NCBI GenBank assembly: GCA_030390025.1
Contig: JASTWF010000365.1
Coordinates: 1 to 64,000 of the forward strand
DNA length: 64,000 bases
Direction of reading: 5' to 3'
Source of the DNA: Squalus acanthias
Lineage: Eukaryota
Part shown: one piece after another, positions 48,401 to 57,059 of the stretch
Position numbering within the stretch: position 1 is the stretch's first letter
How the letters are laid out: each line of letters begins with the position of its first letter
Made by a program: the position numbers and the translations under genes
Notes under the pieces: model-generated
What the model was told of the DNA's origin: nothing
Seen by the model: only the letters and a program-made list of their open reading frames with translations
The model's database searches: none

Positions 48401-51400
48401 TGGGAGTGTTTGATGGGACAGTGTAGAGGGAGCTTTACTCTGTATCTAACCCGTGCTGTATCTGCCCTGGGAGTGTTTGATGGGACAGTGCAGAGGGAGC
48501 TTTACTCTGTATCTAACCCGTGCTGTACCTGCCCTGGGAGTGTTTGATGAGACAGTGTAGAGGGAGCTTTACTGTGTATCTAACCCGTGCTGTACCTGCC
48601 CTGGGAGTGTTTGATGGGACAGTGTTGAGAGAGCTTTACTCTGTATCTAACCCGTGCTGTACCTGCCCTGGGAGTGTTTGATGGGACAGTGTAGAGGGAG
48701 CGTTACTCTGCATCTAACCTGTGCTGTCCCTGCCCTGGGAGTGTTTGATGGACAGTGTAGAGGGAGCTTTATTCTGTATCTAACCCCATTCTGTACCTGC
48801 CCTGGGAGTGTTTGATGGGACAGTGTAGAAGGAGCTTTACTCTGTATCTAACCCGTGCTGTACCTGCCCTGGGAGTGTTTGATGGGGCAGTGTAGAGTGA
48901 GCTTTACTGTGTATCTAACCCCGTGCTGTACCTGCCCTGGGAGTGTTTGATGGGACAGTGTAGAGGGAGCTTTACTCTGTATCTAACCCGTGCTGTACCT
49001 GCCCTGGGAGTATTTGATGGGACAGTGTAGAGGGAGCTTTACTCTGTATCTAACCCGTGCTGTACCTGCCCTGGGAGTATTTGATGGGACAGTGTAGAGG
49101 GAGCTTTACTCTGTATCTAACCCGTGCTGTACCTGCCCTGGCAGTGTTTGATGGGACAGTGTAGAGGGAGCTTTACTCTGTATCTAACCTGTGCTGTACC
49201 TGCCCTGGGAGTGTTTGATGGGACAGTGTAGAGGGAGCTTTACTCTGTATCTAACCCCGTGCTGTACCTGCCCTGGGAGTGTTTGATGGGACAGTGTAGA
49301 GGGAGCTTTACTCTGTATCTAACCCGTGCTGTACCTGCCCTGGGAGTGTTTGATGGGACAGTGTAGAGGGAGCTTTACTCTGTATCTAACCCGTGCTGTA
49401 CCTGCCCTGGGAGTGTTTGATGGGACAGTGTAGAGGGAGCTTTACTGTGTATCTAACCCGTGCTGTACCTGCCCTGGGAGTGTTTGATGGGACAGTGTTG
49501 AGAGAGCATTTTGGGATCAATGATGCTCTGTCACATCATAATTTAATGGGACAGACTCAGTATCAAGTAAAACAAGGTTACACTGCAGTAGGAGCAAATT
49601 GGCACAGCAGGCAGTGGAAACCAGTTTTCTAATCAATCAGCAGGGGTGACTCATTTAGCTGTAAACAAACAAACAGTATAAAAAGACCAGTGCTAGTGCA
49701 AGTCAGCAGAGAGTGCTGAGTTTGGGTAAGTGTGAGTGCGGGTGAGTGGGGTGTAGGGTGCTCTTTTCAAACTTTAACTCTGTGGGTTGTAGTTAATAAG
49801 GCCTTTCTGGTGCAGAGTGACTGTTGGTAAACCATTTAACTGGTGTAATTTAGAGGGATTGATTTAATTTAAATCCAATTAATTAGAGGGGATACTAGCA
49901 TCTATAATCGGGCAGAGAGTGTCCATAACTAACAATAAAAAAATTGAATTAATTGCATAGAATGGAGCAGGTGATGTGTTACTGTTGCGAGATGTGGGAG
50001 CCGGTGGACCCCATTGAGGCTCACGGTGATTACATCTGTGACAAGTGTCTGCTGCTACAGGAACTCCAGCTCCGTGTTGATGAGCTGGAGTCTGAGCTTC
50101 AGACACTGCGACACATCAGGGAGGGGGAGAAGTACCTGGACTCTGTGTTTCAGGAGGTGGTCACACCTATGAAGTTAATTAATTCAGATGCAGCCCATGG
50201 TCAGGGACAGGACGGTGTGACTACGAGTGAGGCAGGTACGGGGATCCAGGAGGTAGTGTTGGAGGAGCCGCAGCCCTTGCTCTTGTCCAACAGGTTTGAG
50301 GTTCTTACTCCCTGTGGGGACAGGAGCAGGGACTGCAGGGAGGATGAGTAACCTGGCCACAGCACCGTGGAACAGGGGGCCATTCAAGAGGGGGGAGTAA
50401 ATAGAAATGTTGTAGTGGTAGGGGATAGTATTATTAGGGGGATAGATAGAGTTCTCTGCAGCCGAGAGCGAGAGTCCCGTAGGCTGTGTTGCCTGCCCGG
50501 TGCCAGGGTTAAGGACATCTCCTCTGGGCTGGAAAGAAACTTGCAGTGGGAGGGGGTGGATCCAGTTGTCATGGTCCATGTTGGTACAAACGAAGTAGAT
50601 AGGACAAGGAAGCCGGTTCTGTTAATGGAGTATGAGCAGCTAGGGGTCAAATTAAAAAACAGAACCTCAAGGGTAATAATCTCTGGATTATTACCTGAGC
50701 CACGAGTGAATTTGGCTGGGACAAATAAAATTAGAGAGTTAAATGAGTGGCTCAAAGACTGGTGTGGGAGAAATGGGTTTTGCTTCCTGGGATACTGGCA
50801 CCAGTACTGGAGCAGGAGGGAGCTGTTCCGTTGGGACGGGCTTCACTTGGCCAGTGCTGGGACTAGAGTCCTGGCGGATCATATAACTAGGGCTGTAGAG
50901 AGGGCTTTAAACTAACTAGTAGGGGGGAGGTTCCTAGAGAGCAAATAATAAAAATGACAACAGAGAAGGTCATAGACTTAGGTAGCAGTGGGGAAATTAA
51001 AAACCAGAGTGTGTCAGGAAGGGGCAGAAGGTATGGAGTAAAAGGTAAAGTAATAAAAAGGGCAAAAGCAGGAACTAAGTGTCACAAAACATATTTGAAA
51101 GTTCTCTATCTGAATGCACGTAGCATTCGTAACAAAATAAACGAGTTAATGGCACAAATAACTACATATGGGTATGATCTTGTGGCCATTACAGAAACAT
51201 GGCTGCAGGGTGACAATGCCTGGGAATTAAACATACCAGGTTATTTAACGGTCAGGAAGGACAGGTGGGAAGGAAGGGGAGGTGGGGTGGCTATGTTAAT
51301 AAAGGAAGGAATCACTGTAATACAGAGAAATGATATTGGGTCAAAAGATCAGGATAATGAAACAGTTTGGGTGGAGATAAGGAATAATAAGGGGAAAATA

Positions 51401-54400
51401 ACACTAGTGGGCATAGTCGATAGGCCTCTGAACAGTTGCAACTCTGTTGGACGGAGTATCAATCAGGAAATAATTGAGGCTTATAATAAGGGAACATCTA
51501 TAATTATGGGGAATTTTAACTATCATATTAATTGGACAAATCAAATTGGGCAGGGCTGCCTTGAGGATGAGTTCATTGAGTGTATTAGGGATGGGTTTCT
51601 TGAGCAGTATGTAACTGAACCGACCGGGGGCAAGCAACCTTAGATCTGGTCCTGTGTAACGAGACAGGATTAATTAAAAATGTCCTAGTAAAGGATCCCC
51701 TTGGAATGAGTGACCATAACATGGTTGAATTCCATATTCAATTAGAGGGTGAGAAGGTTGGATCTCAAACAAGCGTGCTGAGCTTGAATAAAGGAGACTA
51801 TGAAGCTATGCGAGCGGAATTGAGTCAAGTGGATTGGGAAAATAGATTAAAGGGTAAGACGATACATGATCAGTGGTGTACATTCAAGGAGTTATTTTAC
51901 AACTTCCAAAAAATATATATTCCACTGAGAAGAAAAGGGTGTAAAAGAAAAGACAGTCATCCATGGCTTAGTAAAGAAATTAAGGATAGTATTCGACTAA
52001 AAACAAGGGCTTTTAAGGTAGCCAAATCTAGTGGGAGGATAGAGGATTGGGAAAACTTTAAAAGACAGCAAAAAATAACAAAAAGATTGATTAAGAAAGG
52101 GAAGATAGATTATGAAAGTAAATTAGCAAAAAATATAAAAACAGAGAGTAAGAGTTTTTATAGTTATATAAAAAGAAAAAGGGTGGCTAAAGTAAATGTT
52201 GGTCCCTTAGAGGATGAGACCAGGAAAGTAATGGTGAGAAATATGGAGATGGCAAATACACTGAATGAATATTTTGTATCAGTCTTTACAGTAGAGGACA
52301 CTAAGAATATCCCAACACTGGACAAACAGGGGGCTATAGGGGGGGAGGAGCTAAACATGATCAAAATCACTAAGGAAGTGGTACTCGGTAAAATAATGGG
52401 ACTCAAGGCGGATAAATCACCTGGACCTGATGGCTTACATCCTAGGGTCTTGAGGGAAGTGGCGGTAGGGATTGTGGATGCATTGGTAATAATTTTCCAA
52501 AACTCCCTGGACTCAGACTGGAAAACTGCTAATGTAAGACCCTTATTTAAAAAGGGCAGTAGACAGAAGGCTGGAAACTATAGCATCTGTGGTGGGTAAA
52601 ATTTTGGAGTCCATTATTAAGGAGACAGTAACGGGACATTTGGATAATCATAATTTAATAGGACAAAGTCAGCATGGTTTTATGAAAGGGAAGTCATGTT
52701 TGACAAATTTGCTGGAATTCTTTGAGGAAGTAACATACAGGGTGGATAAAGGGGAACCAGTGGATGTTGTGTATTTAGATTTCCAAAAGGCATTTGACAA
52801 GGTGCCACACAAAAGATTATTGCTTAAGATAAAAAATCACGGGATTGGGGGTAATATTCTGGCATGGATAGAGGATTGGCTATCTAACAGAAGGCAGAGA
52901 GTTGGGATAAATGGTTCATTCTCAGACTGGCAATCAGTAACTAGTGGTGCTCTGCAGGGATCAGTGCTGGGTCCCCAACTCTTTACAATCTATATTAACG
53001 ATTTGGAGGAGGGGACTGAGTGTAACATATCAAAGTTTGCAGATGATACTAAGATGGGAGGGAAAGTAGTGAGTGAGGAAGACATAAAAAATCTGCAAGT
53101 GGACATAGACAGGCTAAGTAAGTGGGCAGAGATTTGGCAGATGGAATACAATACTGGAAATTGTGAGGTTATGCACTTTGGCAGGAAAAATAGTAGAGCA
53201 AGTTATTATCTTAATGGCAAGAAACTGGAAAGTACTGAAGTACAAAGGGATCTGGGGGTCCTGGTGCACGAAACTCAAAAGGTTAGTATGCAGGTGCAGC
53301 AAGTGATTAAGAAGGCCAATGGAATGTTGGCTTTCATTGCTAGGGGGATAGAATATAAAAATAGGGAGGTATTGCTTCAGTTGTACAAGGTATTGGTGAG
53401 ACCACACCTGGAATACTGCATACAGTTTTGGTGTCCATACTTAAGAAAAGACATACTTGCTCTCGAGTCAGTACAAAGAAGGTTCACTCGGTTAATCCCA
53501 GGGATTAGGGGATGGACATATGAGGAGAGGTTGGGTAGATTGGGACTCTACTCATTGGAGTTCAGAAGAATGAGAGGCGATTTTATTGAAACATATAAGA
53601 TTGTGAAGGGGTTGGATCGGGTGGATGCGGGGAGGATGTTCCCGATGATGGGTGAAACTAGAACTAGGGGGCATAGTCTTAGAATAAGGGGCTGCTCTTT
53701 CAAAACTGAGATGAGAAGGAACTACTTCACTCAGATGGTGGTCGTAAGCCCATGGAATATGCTGCCCCAAAAAGCTGTAGAAGCTACATCATTACATAAA
53801 TTTAAAACAGAAATAGACAGTTTCCTAGAAGTAAAGGGAATTAAGGGTTACGGGGAGCGGGCAGGAATTTGGACATGAGTCTAGGTTCGGATCGGTCATG
53901 GCCCTGTGGGTAACGTAGCGGGCCCAGGGGCCGTGTAGCCTGATCCTGCTCCTATTTCGTGTATCCAATTCTGTTAGGTTCAGGAGATGGTTCTGTGATA
54001 GTAGATTGGCGGTTAGGATCAGATCAGCCATGATCTTATTGAATGGCGGAGCAGGCTCGAGGGGCCAATTGGCCTACTCCTGCTCCTATTTCTTATGTTC
54101 TTATGATCGGATTCGAATCGGATTATCCCGCTCTGTAACCTTACCTGCAACCGTCTGATTATTACAGAGATCAGAGTCACAGCACCTGCTGATCTTGGAG
54201 ATGGACACAACTCCAGTGCTAAAATAAATGGGTTCAGAGCACGGCCCACAGAATTACTAATCCGAATACTGGTCACTCCAGCTGAAAACAAACACAGGTC
54301 AGAGCTGGGATTTCACACTTTCTGCTTTGGAACAAGGAAGGAAGGAAAGAAAGAAAGAAAGCGAGAGAGAAAGAGAGAAATGAAGAGAGAAAGAAAGAAA

Positions 54401-56581
54401 GATGGAGAGAGAAAAGAGCGAGTAAAAGAGAGAGAAAGGAAGACAAAAAGATAGAGAGAGAAAGAAAGAGATAAAGATAAAGAAAGAAAAAAAGAGACTT
54501 GCATTTATATAGCGCCTTTCACGACCACCGGATGTCCCAAAGCGCTTTACAGCCAATGAAGTACTTTTTGAAGTGTAGTCACTGTTGTAATGTGGGAAAC
54601 GCGGCAGCCAATTTTTGCACAGCAAGCTCCCACAAACAACAATGTGTTAATGACCAGATAATTTGTTTGTTATGTTTGTTGAGGGATAAATATTGGCCAG
54701 GACACCGGGGAGAACTCCCCTGCCCTTCTTCAAAATAATAGCCGTGGCATCTTTTACGTTCACCTGAGAGAGCAGATGGGGCCTCGGTTTAACATCTCAT
54801 CCCAAAGATGGCACCTCCGACAGTGCAGCGCTCCCTTAGTACTACCCCTCTGACAGTGCAGCACTCCCTCAGTACTGCCCCTCCGACAGTGCGTTGCTCC
54901 CTCAGTACTGCCCCTCCAACAGAGCAGCGCTCCCTCAGTACTGCCCCTCTGACAGTGCGTTGCTCCCTCAGTACTGCCCCTCCGACAGAGCAGCGCTCCT
55001 TCAGTACTGCCCCTCTGACAGTGCAGTGCTCCCTCAGTACTGACCCTCTGACAGTGCAGCGCTCCCTCAGTACTGCCCCTCTGACAGTGCAGCGCTCCCT
55101 CAGTACTGACCCTCTGACAGTGCAGCGCTCCCTCAGTACTGCCCCTCTGACAGTGCGTTGCTCCCTCAGTACTGCCCCTCCGACAGAGCAGCGCTCCCTC
55201 AGTACTGCCCCTCTGACAGATGCAGCACTCCTTCAGTACTGACCCTCTGACAGTGCAGCGCTCCCTCAGTACTGCCCCTCTGACAGTGCGGCACTCCCTC
55301 AGTACTGACCCTCTGACAGTGCAGCGCTCCCTCAGTACTGCCCCTCCGACAGTGCAGCGCTCCCTCAGTACTGCCCCTCCGACAGTGCGGCGCTCCCTCA
55401 GTACGGCCCCTCCGACAGTGCGGCGCTCCCTCAGTACTGCCCCCCCGACAGTGCGGCGCTCCCTCAGTACTGCCCCTCCGACAGTCCGGCGCTCCCTCAG
55501 TACTGCCCCTCCGACAGTCCGGCGCTCCCTCAGTACTGCACTGGAGTGTCAGCCTAGCTTTTTGTGCTAAAGTTCCTGGAGTGGTGCTTGAACCCACAAC
55601 CTGCTGATTCAGAGAGAGAGAGAGAGAGAGAGGGAGAAAGAAAGAAAGACAGAAAGAAAGAATGAACAATAGAAAATGTTGGCGAAAAAAGAGGAATTGT
55701 TACCGACAACTTGCTTCGATGAAATGGTCCTGCAGGTGGTGATGTCTGCTTTGCAGATCATTGTTTGGGGCTCACAGTGACCGGAAAGGGCGTTACATTG
55801 GTAACAGGTCAGAGAGCTCACTGCAGGGGAGAGAAACAATGCACCACATTGAGTCACCCTAAGAATTCTGCGCTGAATTCAGCAACAATAAACCTCTCGC
55901 TTTACGGAGCCCTCCTGCCCCAGGATCACGGGCCACCTGTAGAGAACCCGAGACTGTCGGGCTGGCTCTGCAATCCCTGCTCCCGCGGAGGGAGGGAGGG
56001 AAGAGGGGGTAAGCTCGTACCGCACAGGAGGAGTCCGCTCAGACACCGAGCCACACGAAGAGATCGGCAAACCAGGGAGAAAGGAACAGAAGGAGACGAT
56101 GCTGGGGTGAGGTGAAGTCGGGGGCAGTCGGGCCTGGGTGGCCTGTTTCTGTGGGGTAAATACTATGTAAAGAATGAGAGAAAGACTCGCATTTCTCCAG
56201 CACCTTTCACCACCTCAGGGCCATCCCAGAGCGCCTCCCAGCCGATGGACTGCTTTTGAATTGTAGCCACTGTTGTCATGTAGGAGACGTGGCAGCCAAT
56301 TGGCGCACAGCAAGCTCCCACACACAGCAATGCGATAATGACCAGATCATCTGTCTTTCGTGGGGTTGCTTTGAGGGATAAATATTGGCCCCAGGACACC
56401 GGGGGAGAGCTCCCTGCTCCTCTGTAATGCTGTGTAATGTTACAGGAGACCAGCTGGTGTCTAAATATCTTTCCCGATTGACGATATAAAAAGTTTGTAA
56501 ACTACAGGTAATCGTACCTTCAGCAAGCACCGTGCAGAAAGCGAAGATTGCGAAGAGCGTTTTGCCTTTTCCCCGCGACAT
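18468..56581 (-). CDS. Multi-exon Ly6/uPAR-family gene (PLI-gamma/PINLYP-like two-LU architecture) with mucin-like stalk, TM helix and short tail; ~311 aa if the exon-3 frameshift is corrected
   Basis: Ten exons with GT-AG boundaries, all phase 1 once the exon-3 deletion is restored: 56581-56518, 55820-55704, 54281-54145, 47913-47770, 46729-46565, 45470-45408, 44262-44200, 39917-39855, 19777-19682 and 18490-18468; two CCxxxxCN motifs. Confidence 0.8.
18535..18850 (-). mobile_element. L2-clade LINE 3' end
   Basis: Reverse complement continues the PYLCNLLQP motif into ...GGRAFSCLGPELWNSLP...FKDLLKTDLFDQAF, the L2 ORF2 C-terminus, then the 3' tail. Confidence 0.75.
18818..19480. repeat. ~37-bp minisatellite (GGGGCTGGAGGAGGTTACAGAGATAGGGAGGGTTGTA) derived from L2
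   Basis: Reverse complement closely matches the L2 segment CCCTCCCTATCTCTGTAATCTCCTTCAGCCCCACAA at ~4720-4756. Confidence 0.9.
19682..19777 (-). CDS. LU-TM gene, transmembrane exon (ASVGCIVGTVVGLGAGVLILLLICWCCWKRNR)
   Basis: Acceptor ttctgcttcctcctgcAG and donor G|GTCAGT; 96 nt, phase 1-1; hydrophobic helix followed by a basic stop-transfer sequence. Confidence 0.8.
23724..38829 (+). mobile_element. Eight co-duplicated copies of one ~640-bp CR1 3' fragment (~23724, 25456, 27155, 29476, 31898, 34894, 36900, 38180)
   Basis: All encode ...KEVIAPES(M/V)QRRLPGL..., share the same 5' and 3' junctions with the satellite and lack the same four codons (other CR1s here read QRRFTRLIPG). Confidence 0.9.
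39855..39917 (-). CDS. LU-TM gene, stalk exon copy 3 (GDRTNSTVTPGTSTQRPTDNG)
   Basis: 63 nt, phase 1-1; acceptor ...ctctctttcattggatttggtgaatcAG and donor G|GTAGGA. Confidence 0.65.
40423..43770 (+). mobile_element. Long CR1 insertion (ORF1 esterase C-terminus, endonuclease, RT, 3' UTR)
   Basis: LNARSIRNK, AITETWL, GDFN, SDH and a 705-aa RT ORF (41510..43627, FADDTK); tail TTCGTATGTCCGTATG; inserted within the satellite. Confidence 0.95.
44200..44262 (-). CDS. LU-TM gene, stalk exon copy 2 (GDRTSSTATPGTSTQRPTDNG)
   Basis: Same splice signals as copies 1 and 3. Confidence 0.65.
45408..45470 (-). CDS. LU-TM gene, stalk exon copy 1 (GDRTSSTATPGTSTQRPTDNG)
   Basis: 63 nt, phase 1-1, AG/GT boundaries, Ser/Thr/Pro rich. 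Confidence 0.65.
46565..46729 (-). CDS. LU-TM gene exon 5 (second half of LU domain 2)
   Basis: PIGLPFFARGCASELCCQSTSVFHDFRMQVNELPACCVGNLCNGDARSVATTHP; acceptor tctgtgtctAG and donor G|GTAATG; 165 nt. Confidence 0.85.
46920..47712 (-). mobile_element. tRNA-derived SINE (SacSINE/DeuSINE-like) head with expanded 33-bp internal minisatellite
   Basis: Minus-strand A-box TGGCTGAGTGG and B-box-like GGTTCGCGTCT near 47705-47645, followed by tandem CAGTACTGAGGGAGCGCCGCACTGTCGGAGGGG units. Confidence 0.75.
47770..47913 (-). CDS. LU-TM gene exon 4 (first half of LU domain 2)
   Basis: DAPDTTQSELECRGCFNSSADSCSASEETVKCVGPETRCMNVSGQQDL; acceptor tttccatttcAG and donor A|GTAGGT; 144 nt. Confidence 0.85.
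48220..49505. repeat. 67-bp tandem repeat (GTGTAGAGGGAGCTTTACTCTGTATCTAACCCGTGCTGTACCTGCCCTGGGAGTGTTTGATGGGACA), ~19 copies
   Basis: Directly visible. Confidence 0.95.
49630..54105 (+). mobile_element. Near full-length CR1 LINE (ORF1 Zn-finger/coiled-coil/SGNH esterase; ORF2 EN-RT), inactivated
   Basis: ORF1: CYCC...ICDKC, leucine-rich coiled coil, VVVGDS, GTN, DGLHL. ORF2 split across 50954-51643, 51706-52599 and 52589-53878. TTCTTATG tail at ~54089-54104. The 5' boundary is approximate. Confidence 0.9.
54145..54281 (-). CDS. LU-TM gene exon 3 (second half of LU domain 1), carrying a 1-nt deletion
   Basis: AGVTSIRISN/x/CGPCSEPIYFSTGVVSISKISRCCDSDLCNNQTVA; acceptor tttgttttcAG and donor G|GTAAGG; 137 nt, not a multiple of 3. 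Confidence 0.85.
54495..55610 (-). mobile_element. SacSINE/DeuSINE-like SINE with internal 33-bp minisatellite expansion (~54810-55540)
   Basis: Minus-strand GGTTCAAG B-box near 55590; L2-like 3' tail (...AAGCGCTTTGGGACATCC...AGGCGCTATATAAATGCAAGTC) at ~54497-54550. Confidence 0.75.
55704..55820 (-). CDS. LU-TM gene exon 2 (first half of LU domain 1)
   Basis: VSSLTCYQCNALSGHCEPQTMICKADITTCRTISSKQVV with the LxCxxC LU start; acceptor tctcccctgcAG and donor G|GTAACA; 117 nt. Confidence 0.88.
56185..56420 (-). mobile_element. SINE 3' fragment (same family as 54495-55610)
   Basis: Visible similarity to 54497-54730. Confidence 0.7.
56518..56581 (-). CDS. LU-TM gene exon 1 (signal peptide MSRGKGKTLFAIFAFCTVLAE)
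   Basis: ATG, basic n-region, hydrophobic h-region and a phase-1 donor G|GTACGA, as in typical LU gene structure. Confidence 0.8.
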
Positions 56582-56623
56582 AATCCTCGGTGATCAGGTC
56601 AGTTCTCACTGTGTGCTCTGAGA

Positions 56624-56690
56624 CACTTCCCTGTCGACACAAACACTGCACAAAGTTACCAAGAAAACAATTAATCATCGCACTTCCGCT
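56624..56690 (-). promoter_or_regulatory. Two ETS-type GGAAGTG motifs in the putative proximal promoter
   Basis: CACTTCC at 56624-56630 and 56681-56687, about 45-105 nt upstream of the ATG; motif match only. Confidence 0.35.
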
Positions 56691-57059
56691 GTGCATTCTG
56701 TACTTCTCCTTTTCGTGTTGTGACAGGGCTGATTAACCCTTTGAAGCAAGGTTCCTCCTGCCTCTTGCAGCCAACATCCGTCACGCCTGCCCCACACATG
56801 GCTCGTCCATCATGGCTAAAGGCTCCTTCGCCGAGCCGAGCCCAGCCCCCTATCCCCCCAACCCACCCGACAGGCATGCAATATCCTGGGAGAGGCAATA
56901 AAACAGGCAACAAAAAAAACACCGCCAATAAGGAAAAGAAATGACTCTCGACCGTTCCTCGTCGACTCCCTCAGAGGATGGAACCAGCCCAGGAGAACAC
57001 AGGGACAATTCACTACCGAGAAAGGCACTTAGCTTCTGTACGGTGCAAATACTGAATTG

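Noticed and set aside
10963..56581. Functional link between the viral fusogen and neighbouring LU genes (LY6E is known to modulate viral fusion)
   Set aside because: Only proximity supports it, and insertion into a repeat-rich gene cluster is sufficient explanation.
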